This document shows, in pieces, positions 21,349 through 33,571 of a DNA stretch of 64,000 bases. Location: NCBI RefSeq assembly GCF_031769215.1, contig NW_026782978.1, positions 62,001-126,000 of the forward strand. Reading direction: 5' to 3'. Within the stretch, counting starts at the first letter, position 1. Each line of letters begins with the position of its first letter. The notes under the pieces are model-generated. The model saw nothing but the letters and a program-made list of their open reading frames with translations. It made no database searches and was not told the origin of the DNA. The translations under genes were made by a program, and so were the position numbers. The DNA comes from Ylistrum balloti. Taxonomy: Eukaryota.

Positions 21349-21687
21349 ATGAACATTTCAGTGGGAAAAGTCGTTCTGCCAAATAAACCGCTAAGTAATA
21401 TCGAGTTAACGAGGGCTGCAGATGAATTGAAAATACCAAATTTTAGAGGAGTATTTCTGTGCGATACACTTCCGAAGAGACCAAAGAGAAATGAATGTGG
21501 GATTCTGAATTTAGATTCTAGTGACGGAGGAGGAACGCACTGGACCGCCTGGTACAAACAAGGAAAAAATAAATACTATTTCGATAGCTATGGCATACAA
21601 CCTCCGAATGAGTTGATATCCTATTTGAAGCGAGGGATCTTGTATAATAATATATATATTAAAAAACATGCAAATTTGGATATATGA
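21349..21687 (+). pseudogene. Adenain-like maturation cysteine protease, C-terminally truncated
   Basis: FRGVF..D.LP, ILNLDSS.GGGTHW.AW and YFDSYG supply the catalytic His and Asp. The sequence breaks after LYN, before the Q..CG catalytic Cys motif. Confidence 0.88.
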
Positions 21688-22226
21688 CGTCAGAGTACAA
21701 CATCCCACCACCAGAACCCGGTGTGTCTCTGTCGTACGTCAATAAGAATTTCCAAAGAAAAGCTGATGTGACTAAATTAGAGATGGATATCCAGGATCTA
21801 AGAGTCAAGTATTCTCAGCTATTAATGAATACACAAAAATTACAAAGAAAAATGAATAAAAAATATATAACTATCTGGGCTGAAGAAAAAGGTGGACTGG
21901 TGAAAGGGAAGTACGAATACTCGTTCGGTGATGGTGCAACAGGTAAAAACGCTGGCTATACCGTGCTAGCACCATCTAAAGTTTTGAAAATAGGTACGTC
22001 GGTTACAACACCAGAATCCACTCCCGTAGAGGCTGGTGTAGTCCTCGTGTTAAATGGTAGTAAAACTCAATGTAAAATTTTAAAGCCACAAGGAGAATTT
22101 AATCACGTTTCGGATGTGAGAGGAATCAGTTTAAATGTAGGTGATGTGCTCAACTTTGTAACCAACGTAACAACAACAAAAATTACCGGAGCTATTATTT
22201 CACTTCTATTAGAAATTAATTTATAA
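21684..22226 (+). CDS. Putative spike/decoration protein (coiled coil plus beta-sandwich head)
   Basis: Shares its N-terminal module with the 22248 gene. It has a heptad-rich segment followed by a beta-rich domain. The original start at about 21668 appears to have lost 8 nt. Confidence 0.55.
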   Translation: MTSEYNIPPPEPGVSLSYVNKNFQRKADVTKLEMDIQDLRVKYSQLLMNTQKLQRKMNKKYITIWAEEKGGLVKGKYEYSFGDGATGKNAGYTVLAPSKVLKIGTSVTTPESTPVEAGVVLVLNGSKTQCKILKPQGEFNHVSDVRGISLNVGDVLNFVTNVTTTKITGAIISLLLEINL

Positions 22227-22247
22227 AAATATACATATAAAAAAAGA

Positions 22248-23365
22248 ATGCCTGTTCACAAATTTGGATATATGACGTCAGAGTACAACATCCCACCACC
22301 AGAGCCCGGTGTGTCTCTGTCGTACGTCAATAAGAATTTTCTACGAAAGAATGGGTCTACCGTAACTGGTTCCATCGATATGGCGGGAAATACGTTAACG
22401 AACGTGTCGGATCCTGTGAACGCGCAAGACGTCTCTACTAAGAATTATGTCGATGGTCAAATTGTTAACCCTACACCCGTAACCACCCTCGTTACAGCAG
22501 GTTTGTATAATCTGGATGATACGTATCATATTATTCTAGCAGATACCACCAGCGGAAACGTTGTGCTAAAATTTCCGCCAACAGCTACCGTCGGTAAAGA
22601 ATACTTAGTTATTCACGAAAAATACGGTAATCAATGTTCAATGTGGGATAATGAGAATAGAATAGTAAATCCGTATGACAGTACTGATACATCTGTTGGG
22701 ACTTTACAATCTTTGATTGTTTTTGGTGGAGAATCGAGAACATTTACGTGGAGTGGTAAACATTGGATGGTTACTTCAAAGTCCATTCGTGAGGTAGCTA
22801 GAGTTAGTAAGAGAGGAGACACTATGACTGGATCTTTGCATATGGGAGGCCATGAAATAACTGGCCTATCCTTGGCTCAACCCTCGACTGATGGTCACGC
22901 CGCAACAAAAGGTTATGTGGATGCTGTTTTAGTTGACTCGTGGAGAATGTATGGTCCATATACTTATTTGCACACTCAAGCAGAAACTATCACCCCATCA
23001 ACTTTACCTTTTATAACACTAACGATCTCAAATGTAAAGGCTGGGGATTATTTAGAGGTTTTCGTCTACCTGGGTGTGGATTATAGGAGTTACTATTTTA
23101 TTGGTGATTTGGTGATGGTAGACGTTGAGACGGGGGATGGGTTGTTTGAAAACGCGCCCCTGATAAGTCAGTTTGCGGCTGATAGTAAAGGTACTAAGGT
23201 AAAAAAAAAACGGCCTACATGATGTATATGTCACCCGTTCCTATTACTCGTGATGCAAATGCTGTATGCACAATTAAGGTGAAAGCAAAAACAATATCAC
23301 CAAGAGTATATCTAGAAAACCGGTGTAAATTATATGTGAAGCACATGAACAAATTTACTGCCTGA
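22248..23365 (+). CDS. Fibre-like protein with phage tail-fibre-type repeats; the frame changes at the A10 run at 23201-23210
   Basis: LTNVSDPVNAQDVSTKNYVD, ADTTSGNVVLKFP and KRGDTMTGSLHMGGHEITGL..P..DGHAATKGYVD. The -1 frame stays open for about 50 codons to the TGA at 23363-23365. Confidence 0.7.
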
Positions 23366-23737
23366 CGCACGTCGCCCGTAACGTATAAGATTAGCGATCA
23401 AAACGGAGAAGAAATTCGGGGTACCTTCTACGAAGCCGAGTTGCAGAAGACGAGCCAAGAGGTATACAGGATAGAAAAAGTCGTCAAGAAGGGTAAAACG
23501 AGGTCGCTGGTCAAGTGGAAGGGTTATCCAGAGACGTTCAATTCATGGGTCAGCAATAAGGAGATAGTCGAGCTTGCGAGGCCGCTCGTTACATTATAGA
23601 ATGTTTTTTCTTTAAGTCATTTAGACCCTGTTTAAACATTGTTGTGGTTGGTTTTGAGCTTGTTGAGTCAGATGTGTTAGTGGTTGGTTTTCAACCCTAA
23701 TTTGAAAATGCGCTTATACCGGCAATTTCTTACTACT
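23365..23737 (-). repeat. Polinton right terminal inverted repeat (373 bp)
   Basis: Inverted copy of 3741-4113. It ends ...TTCTTACTACT and is followed by the GGTGTA TSD. Confidence 0.95.
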
Positions 23738-23885
23738 GGTGTAGGAGCCTGCTCTCAATGTATGACGGTGTGTAGGAGCCTGCTCCCCCTGCATGTCGGT
23801 GTGTAGGAACCTTCTCTCCCTGTTTGTCAATGTGTAGGAGCCTGCTCACCCTATATAACGTAACAAGCGTCCGTGTGTAGGAGGC
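23738..23885. repeat. Distal, degenerate remainder of the same 30-bp minisatellite, beyond the Polinton insertion
   Basis: GGTGTAGGAGCCTGCTCTC... units resume immediately after the right TIR and decay by about 23885. Confidence 0.9.
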
Positions 23886-25039
23886 TGGTTTGACAAGTTA
23901 TAGGCCTAGTGACTTCTTATTTAGCGTATGCTTTTATCATTTTATAATATTGATGAAAGAGATGGGTTCAGATAATATTCGCTAATACAGATATTACAAG
24001 ATGAAATACACCTTTTTGGCTTATGTATCTGTAGATTCATATCAGTTGAATCACAAGGGTTTGTTACGAATATATAGATATACGTCACATAGGCCTACCG
24101 ATCCATTTCTTTTTGTAAGTCATTCGTAACAAATCCCGCTGGTTGAAGTTGAGTTACAAGAACTTGCTTCCAAATCAATCCTAAATACTGTATAAATTTA
24201 AACTTTGTTCATACTCTGAAGAGCTATATATACTTGAAAGAAGCATTGAAAGAAAATAATTTTTTTATACAACTATAAAAGAAATCAAAGTACTGAAAGT
24301 ACTGGTATGCTAAGACCATTAAAAAATAACTTCTTTGTTATTAGCTTGCTATATACTGAAACCAGCTATATGCAAGCAGTAAATCATTGCAGCCCATAAA
24401 AAATTACCAGCAGATATCAGAAATAACAAGCTTAGTAGTATTACTTATGTAATACATGTCCCAAGTAGGCTCCAAGATGCAATGAAAGAAGTTGTCCATT
24501 TCTTTGGATACATTGTAGGGAATGTTGATCTTGGACACCATATTATCACTTTAAAGATTGCGTATCTTATTGGTTTAAGACCATTAGTTAGACCATCATG
24601 CAAATAACATGCTACATACAAATATTGGACAGCTTCATTTTCCAGATTGTTTGTAAATGACTGCATAAGAGTGCCAATTTTCTAAAACAAACATGATTTG
24701 TCACCATAACTTAAAATGGAAGATGCCTATTCTTCTGGAACACCTGGTCTTATTCTCCTTGTACTTTTTCAGGGAATCTTCAAGTAGATATTGTCTTTGT
24801 TTCAATTTTACACTTGTTTTGCTGGTTCTACAATTCTGTTGACATGTTTATATATTCTTTGTTCTCTAAAACTTGTCGCAAGATATTTTAATCCTCTTGT
24901 ATTATCATTTTTTAACATCCTTACAGTGACCTTGAACCTTGAAATTTGCAAGATGTGAATATCTTTTAGGTTGTGAAATTTGATAGAAAAACGAGGGTAA
25001 TGCAAAGGAAAACATCCCCATGCAACTATCCGTTTTTTT

Positions 25040-25635
25040 ACTGTGACCTTGATCTTTGACATCTGACCCTGAATTTCTAACGAAACCGACTTCTCATAAG
25101 GGATACATGTTCCAAATTTGATTAAGGTATACTAACTGTCTTAGTCTCAATGCGTTTACAAGGTAATCATATAGTACTTATGCAAGTACTGTGACCTCTA
25201 CATTCAATCCTCAAAATCATTACTACATCCTCTCCACATTGCCCAGGGATAACTGAAACTGTAATCCAAATGATAACTAATACCCCAACACCCACAGCCT
25301 TAGTTATCTCCCCATGGTGACCTTTTGCACAGAAACATCCTCTGAAACACAGCGGCATGTGCACATGTTCCCTAACATTCCTGCGAAGTTTTGTTGAAAT
25401 TGGTCCACAGGTTTAGAAGTTGACCGACATGCAAAACCTGTCTATATTGACCAGTTGCCATGGCAATCAATATTTTGAGGGAAAATGGTGCATGCACATC
25501 TACACATTGTCCCGAATATTACTGTAAAGTTTCATTGGAGTTGTCCAGACAAGATGTGTCTATAGACAGACAAACAGATGGATGGACAGATAGACAACTT
25601 GATTCGATTTAACCACCCTTTTGGTGGTATAAGAA
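25040..25635 (+). mobile_element. Non-autonomous HINE/Helentron-like interspersed repeat (approximate ends)
   Basis: TGACCTTGA motifs, a GACA/GATG microsatellite core at about 25562-25595, and a short terminal palindrome ACCACCCTTTTGGTGGT. Confidence 0.45.
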
Positions 25636-28600
25636 TGCACAAGAGTGCTTACAAATTCCATGTGGACAGACATTATGAGAAAAAAATAATAATAAAAAAA
25701 CATGATACAGATGCTTATATCTTGTTTTATTCAGTTTTTAGATACAGTATTCTTTCCATGCTTTGATCAGCAATGTAATCTTGTCAGGTCAATATCCTAG
25801 TACAAGATTGCATAAACAAAATTGTGGTAGGTAGACTTTTAAGATAAATAAAAAAAATACATGCCTAAGTTTAAATGAAGGTTTTAAACAGAAGTCGTAT
25901 TATGTTCAGTATACAGCGATCTTTTGTACACATTTGTAAACAACAAACTCAGTATACAGTGATCCTTTCTACACAAACTTGGTATAACTTGTGAATCTTT
26001 CTACTCAAGTAAATTGAAGATTGTATACAAATTTACTACAAATGCAGTATACAATGATCTTTTCCACATTTTTTTAGTTTCCGCAATTTGTTGATTCTTC
26101 TTTCGTGATGGTAAATATATTGCCGCCTTTAGAGAGTACTGTGACCTTAAAAGGCAACATGGTTGTTAGCATCTCCTCAAGTGATTAATCATCTTCAATC
26201 ATCCTCAAATCCATTGTTGGTCACAATGGCCAATTCCAAGTTAGAAGAATCAATAGAGATACCTTCTACCATTCCAGATTTCATTTCTTCAGGGACATCC
26301 ACCTGCTGAAAGAGAGTAAGGGAAATAAATAACTATATTTCTTTATTGCTATGATTTTGTGCAAGAAATATACATTTCTGTATAAGCCTATAGTCTTGAA
26401 TTTCCCAATAGGAGTCTATATTAAATATACTGTGATTAATTATTTTGACGTTCAGGACTGTCAAATTGACCATGGTCATACAGAGATTGAATCATAAAGT
26501 TAAATTCGTGTGATAAATCTGTGCAGTATGATAATTTATTTTGACGTTTGTATTTCAAAAATCATTTTGACTTGAAAAGTAATGTGTAATTTAATTAATT
26601 ACATTGGACCGTCATGTAATGGCAATGCCATTTTCATAATGTAATTGTAATTTAATTAATTACATCATCATGTAATTGAACCCATGCCTGTTACAAACAG
26701 TAGCTGTCCTAACTGATCCTAAAATTAACTTTTGCTACGTCTATCACAAAATTAACTTTGGCTGTCTATTACAAATGCCACATTTAGCTACAGTAGAGGT
26801 ATTTCAAAAATGTATGTCATTGTAGCTGAAAGGACATAATTAATGCTTACTTAACCAGAACTATAGTTCTGAACAAACCACTACAAAGCCTGGTTAACTG
26901 TACTAAGAAAATGTCCTCTCAATTAATCAATTTCATTGATTATTGACATCTTATTGTTGTACCTACGGTCACTTGAGTTTATTAAAGTTTCAATTTGACT
27001 TTTAATAAGGTCCAAAGTGATAATACTGCAATGTCTTAATTAGCTCTCGAGGGGTATTGGTTAGACTATTTATCCCATTTCATTCCATTCACCATGGAAA
27101 CAAAACTCTAAAACGCTAAAAAACAGTCGACAATTAATGACAAATATTGCGCCTAGGGCTGGGTAAAATTGATGAATCAAAAGTGTTGAACTGAAAGTGG
27201 ACGCAGTTGACATAATACTGAAATTTCTGAGATGAACAAATACAGTACATATATTAAAAGTTCAGGCATAATAAGCATTGTACCAATAATACTTTACACA
27301 TTCACACTGGGACCTTACACTTTACACATTCACACTGGGACCTAACACTTTGCTAGGTTTATCCTAATCTTTATCAAAACACTTTCCGGGATTCAGATGT
27401 TAATTGACATCTTCATTATTCCCAATCTTCATGTTGTAATCGTTCACATGCATCACTCTTCAACAGAATCAACGAGACATCATGTCAGAAAGACAAAAAC
27501 TAAATTTAAGCTAAAACTATATATATTAACTTCACATGTAAACCTTACAATTGGCATAGCTGTAGAGTTCCCGTACGATTTCATACCCTGGACTTGGGGT
27601 ACTTATAAATTATCTCCGATCAGAAATTTGAAAGAGCTAGATCTACAATAGCACGGACAGTGACCGATATTTTAAAGTAAAATCGATATATTACACAGAT
27701 AGATTCCTAGATCTATTCACGGTAGCGTAAGTAGTACAGTACAATATTACGGATAAGTTTTTTTCTGTTTAATTTCCGATCTGTTGGGCCACTGACAGAA
27801 GTGACTGCGATGAGACCATTATGAAACGATCATTTAAAAATAAATCCATTTCAAAATACTGAAATACTTTACGGAAGCAACAAAAATGTGCTAGATGCTT
27901 ACATAACATTTTTCAAATGCATACTGCTTCAAAGGAAAAGTCTTGAAAATATTTTGAAAAAAAAGTGCCATGGCGGCAGTGCCCAGCTTGCGCGTCGCCG
28001 TCGAGCCTAAATTCAATACATGCGATGGCTCATTTCAAATGAATTGTTGCAAAAAAATGCAATTGCTAGTTCAGTATAAGTATTGACTTTAAATTCAGCT
28101 TACATATATATATATATATAGAGTGATACTTACCTATATGAATTACCCGCCGTCTTCTTTCAGCCACCGTCTTCTTTCAGGGTCCACCAGCACAGAGCAT
28201 CCCGGCTATTTCCGTCAAAATTTTATGCTACTCTAAATCATTCTTATTTTAGTTTCATTTTTATTTCCAACTACATATTTCAGTATTTTAAAAGTTTTCA
28301 ATAGTATTAAACGGGAAGTAAATTTTCGAAAAAGGAAAAAAAAAGAAAGTAATACAAATGTATGACACCCACAATGCATCGCGCGGAAAAGAAAGTTAAG
28401 CCGCCATATTGGCATCGCCTCGCAAAATTTACCATCATAAACGTGAGTCTTTGTCATTGTATTTACACATTTCGATGTCTGATTATCATTTATACAGAAC
28501 ACAAAACGTTTTCTTGATGTACAAGTAATGAAGAAAATGTCGATAAGGTTGTTTCATTTAATGACTAGCATCAGCAACTTGTAGGGGCGATAATCCAATG

Positions 28601-29459
28601 ATTGCAGTTATGTCCGGCAGATGGAGTAGGAGTAAACTTTCGATTTATGAACCAATGAAAACGAAGTACTGATACTCAGGGGCGACAGCAACATGCTGAA
28701 GAGCAATGCTCTTAGCATAAAAATGATTTGCAAACTGAATGAACCGCACTCATGATAGGTTTGCAATTTGTATTTTTGTTTTTTTCATAGTTGCATATAA
28801 AAAAAACCAACAAAAATTAGTTCAGCTTTGGTAATTATTTCAAATTTGACTTTTTGGCAATTTGATCTCCATACTCCATTCTGTAAATAAGAAAATGTTG
28901 ATTTTTGGCATAAATTTTCATCCAGATAGTTCAAAGCAGAACACACTATTAACGTAGTGAGATCTTCGGCAAATTCAACGTTTTGTTTACAATACATTTA
29001 GATTTTGACAAAACACAAAAACCTACCTTGAAATAATTTCACCCCCATTTAGTGTTATTTTCCGTAGCCTTGGATTGTCTAGCATTTTTCGTACAAACAA
29101 CTAAAAAATAATTATTGAAAAATAACTTTATTATTTCTTGATATTTCACAGTAAATAACAATTATGAAAATATACAGAACTACACTCCATACATGTGTAA
29201 GGGTGTTTAGATTTAACAAAAATATCAACCTTCCTGAATTAGCTTTTTTAACATTTCACATAGTAACATCCCAATTATTGATCCAATATTAAACACTGGC
29301 CCCCTTAGCTTATTGCAGGATAAATACAGTATTGAAAGTTGTCTGTTGCTTACAACCTGTTGTTACCTTTTTGCTTATGTCTTATACTATAGCGCTATGA
29401 TAATTATGTAAATATTGCTCCTCACGTTAACTTAAGATTAAACCACAAAAAAAGGAAAT

Positions 29460-31272
29460 GTCACTCTAACTGATTTTTCCTACTGACGAAAAAGACCAAA
29501 AGTTGAATTGGATGGTGAGGTGATGTTCGACAGCGACAAATCTGTTACAAAGGAATTAGCAACACTAGATCACAGCTACCATATTCCTGACTGTGGGGAT
29601 AATGTTGAAGTACAGACATTAAAACTGAAATCAGGTATTTATGAGTTATAATGCTTTCAAGTCAACCTAAGCTCTCTTTTTAGATGAGTAGCAAAGAATG
29701 GAGTTTTTAGTGCAAATTTATATATATGTACCAAGAATATTAAGCCAATGATTTTTTTTTCAAAATTCAAGACTTGGAAGAGGAGATTGCTTCCTTAGAA
29801 AAAGAAGTAGAGATGCTTCAGCTGAAAAAACCAAGAATAAAAATACAGGACATCATTCATGACACAGACAAGGTTAGCCTTTAAATAATTATTTTATGCT
29901 AGATTCCTCCATACCTGAGGTGAAGTTTTAGTATTTTAAAGCATAATGTTTTGTTACTTGGCGACATGAAATATATCATTTCGCTTTTTGTTTTCACAAT
30001 ATGTTAGCACTATAGTATATGCAGCACATGTCTACCATTTGAAATATCAGGATGTTAGCCAAGTGGCCTTATGGGATACCACAGCATCCATCATCTGCCA
30101 ATTTATCCTATAAATCCCTTTTTCTCTTGAACCACAAAATCAATTTCCACCAAAACTGTTAAGAAGCATCCTTGGCTAAAGGGGATCAAATTTTGTATAA
30201 AGAAGGGTCTGGGCCCTTTTAGAGGAAATTTAGCCAATTCTCTAAAATATTACTTGTTTGGAAGAATACGGTCCTCCCAAAAGTAGGTCACTGTAACCTT
30301 GACTTCCATAAAAGTATGCCAGGTGGGGGACTATAATTCTTGAATTATCTTATTTGTTTTGGATATTCACTGGCATATTTTGTTCTGATTTGCAGTACTC
30401 TTATTATTTATATTGACAGATGTTGCTGTACACTTCACTTCAAGCTGATGTATTTAATGTGTTAGCTGACTTGCTAAGAATGTCACCATTTAACTACTAT
30501 GCAGGATGGACAGTCAATTGCTTTAGCATAGAAGACCAGTTGTTAATGACTCTCATGAAATTAAGGCTCAACTGTAGGGATTTAGATTTAGCAGAGAGAT
30601 TTAACACAAGCCGTGCAACTGTTTCAAATATCATAAATACTTGCATTTCTGCTCTACATGAAATTTTATATGATGGTGTCTTGGAAGCTGTCGGTATACC
30701 TAGTCAGTTAAAATGTAAGGGGTCTATGCCAAAGTCTTTTAAAGACTTTAGTTCTGCCAGAATAGCAATGGATGCTACAGAAGTTATTCAAGATGTTCAA
30801 CCAGACATGAATTGTCAATCTCTTTCCTATAGTAACAATAAAAGTAGGCATACTGTATAAAAATGCAGCATTAGTATATCGTTCTGATTTGTACCCTGGA
30901 TCAACTTCTGATGCAGCCATTGTAGAACATTCCAGGTTACTTGCTAAAACCAGGGGACATGATACTGGCTGATAAGGGTTTCAATATTTTTGATAAACTA
31001 CCTGCTGGTGTTTCATTAAATACCCCTCCTTTCCTGTCAAACAAAGGTCATTTTACCAAAGAGGAGGCAGAACTTGTTTTAAGATTGGAAGAAGTAGGAT
31101 CCACATTGAGCGAGCAAATGAAAGAATAAAGAATTTTGAGATTTAAAATCACATACCAGCATAATACAGGAATTTATCAAGAAAACTTTTTCAAGTTTGC
31201 TGCTGTCTTGTCAATGTTCAGGCTCCATTGTTAAAGGAAATTGCAGATATAAATGAAATTGTCCAGTCTTGA
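29460..31272 (+). pseudogene. ISL2EU-type DDE transposase, multi-exon and decayed
   Basis: A DHSY exon (to 29634), a coiled-coil exon (29772-29872) and a large exon from 30420 with EDQLLMTLMKLRLN..DLAERF (HTH), AMDATE, YPGSTSD, LADKGF and RIHIERANERIKNF. Stops and frameshifts are present, and the THAP N-terminus was not found. Confidence 0.82.
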
Positions 31273-31762
31273 AATGTCAGGTGTAGACCAGTCTGTTTTT
31301 TCTATATACAATTTCATATTTCTTGCACATTCTATTATTTTCTAAGCTGTAAATCTTGAACTCAGCTATTAAAAGGACATGCAAGCTATTATTTCAATAC
31401 CAGCATTAGTGATGGGTTATCACTGGGTTAAGGTTTTTGCTTGCCGTTCTTAAAGCATTAAGCATAAAAAGAATTCACTTAAAACTGTTTTCCAATGAAA
31501 TACTGAAGGCATTCAAATTTAACTTCACACATGAGTTTGAGACCATATGGTACTTTATACATGTACCACTGTTAAGACATATACAGTAAGTCATGACAAT
31601 CATTTAATAATTTCTTGTACTCTCGAAATAATAACTTTTTATTGTTTCATAACACTTTCACTGGAACATCTTATCTTACTGATCATTTATCTGTTGATCT
31701 GCAAAAAATATGTTGCAAATAGAGTTGTAGTACAATTTGATTTTTTAAAAAATTAAAGTGTT

Positions 31763-33571
31763 TTAATTACAGTGATATGGCAAGAACGTGTTGAAATAAA
31801 AATCAACCAGAACAGAAATGTTTGGTGTCCACAGTTGAACTTTTGTTATCCCTATCACTTGAAAGTCTTTTGTTGTCCAGACAGCAAGGTCACAACACTG
31901 AGTCCCTGTCAGGTACAGCTGGCCCTGTATCTGGTGCCAGTAGTCATGTGACTGTTTTAGCACAATCTTTCCATCATCTGACATTTCTGAAACAGTACAC
32001 ATATTGGACTTAAAACTAAATAACAAATATTGGAATTACAAATACACTGATCTGAGTAATCTCCATTATGTACCACATACGCATGGTCATATACAGGCTT
32101 ATATACACAGTCTATGAATCAAATCAATATAAACTTTTGTTATAAACAGTTGAAAACAGCTGGGAAAGTTTCGAGTACCGGGTAGTCATCTTTAGAACAT
32201 AAATTATCTCGGCAAAAGGGAGTTGTATATCTGTAACTTGACAGAAATTTCACATGTCAATCTGATACACATCTTTTAAGTGGTTTCAGTCTGAATATCT
32301 CCTTGAAATGAACAATGTAGTCTGACTGTTAGCAAAGTCACAGAGCTTTTAAAGAAGTTCTTAGTTACTTCTTACCCAGGAAAAAATCTTTGATGGATTC
32401 ACACGCCTCTAATATTGTCTTGTCTCTGTCTGTGTATGGGCATTTCACCTCAACTATGTCTGGTGATGAAGTTAAGTGGTTTCTACACTGATAATGGATA
32501 CTCCCATCATTCTTAAACTCTCCTTGTACAAATCCATCAGGTGATGCACCAAGTACCCCAGACTCATGCAGCCATATACCTGTATATAAGAAAAGCATGA
32601 TCAAATCAGTAATTCAGGTACAATTTTATGCCTAGCAAATATTGTGATTAACAAAAACACACATTTCAAAAAGAAACCTTCTACGTTCTGCCAGTTGAGT
32701 TTAAAGTGTAAGTAAGACTTTTTCATGTGTACTGATCAATACTCCAAAACAGAGGCCAAGGTTGATAACTTTTAATCAAAATATGACAGATTTGATACAT
32801 TTTATAATGTCAGCCAAAGAATTAGATTACAAATTACAAACTGCATACACATTGGTTTTAAACTTGCCTGTCTGTGCCACAGTTACTCCTCCTTTCTTAC
32901 AATATTCTTTAATCCGATTTTTTTCATGAGCTACACCCCACTGGACAGGTGCTCGTTTCTCCAAATTGTATGCACTAAGGAGTCTTTTCTTCAATGAAAT
33001 TGACAACCTGGAAGTATGCTACTGACATATTAAGTAAACATGAAATATAGCTACCTTGACATGTTTTTGCTCTTCAAAACATCTCTACAGTTATAGTGAA
33101 TATATATTAAAAGAGGCATAGCTGCACACTGTGGGAAATAAATGTTAGTAGTTATTCTTCTGAAAAATGTCTTAAAACTCTTATTCGTCGAACATGATAA
33201 TGACACAACATTTTACATGATTGATCTTTCAGTTAGTTACTTTCATACAACACGAATCATTCAGAAAAGAATAAAAACATATCTATATAGCGAATTGTTC
33301 TACCTATTTCAATTTGCTGCAACAAGAATTTGTCCAAAATTGGATGCAGTAAAGTGCAATTTCCTGAATGCTGCCCGAAGGGAATTTTCTCTATGGCCAA
33401 TGGTGGCATAGACTGTCTCTTTCACCTTTTTCTGCGATACAAACAAGTGTTGTCTCAACCATATTGTGGTGTCCTTAGCTGAGAGGTAGTTAGGGTTCAT
33501 CAGCCAGTCATCCATTAGGGGCACTGGTACTTCCTTAACCCCTGTGTCATCAACCATAATCCAATGTAAAG
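31763..33571 (-). pseudogene. YqaJ-like (lambda exonuclease family) gene of the ISL2EU element, 3-prime exons
   Basis: TIG.RENS..A..RKL.FTASNFG, QWGVAHE, LGASPDG..EVKCPY and YWHQIQGQLYLT motifs across 4 exons. The gene is convergent with the transposase. Confidence 0.85.

Larger units (their letters stand above)
3741..23737. mobile_element. Polinton/Maverick (adintovirus-type endogenous dsDNA virus), full length; about 14.8 kb without the nested transposon
   Basis: Termini are AGTAGT...ACTACT. TIRs are 373 bp. The 6-bp TSD GGTGTA lies at 3735-3740 and 23738-23743. The gene set (retroviral-like integrase, pPolB, A32-like ATPase, adenain protease, major and minor capsid proteins) is diagnostic. 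Confidence 0.97.

Noticed and set aside
4505-21557. Antisense ORFs overlapping Polinton genes (for example 4505-4867, 8253-8567, 19198-19671 and 20008-20397)
   Set aside because: They are shadow ORFs opposite well-supported genes and carry no motifs.
3741-23737. Apparent paradox of near-identical TIRs with many broken genes
   Set aside because: About 1 percent TIR divergence over a 15-kb element is compatible with roughly this many lesions, and some homopolymer frameshifts may be sequencing errors.
24445-27650. Exon-like minus-strand segments (about 24445-24660, 24700-24835 and 26260-26305) with plausible splice sites
   Set aside because: I could not join them in a consistent frame or recognise a protein family. 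A host gene or pseudogene may be present but is not supportable from the sequence alone.
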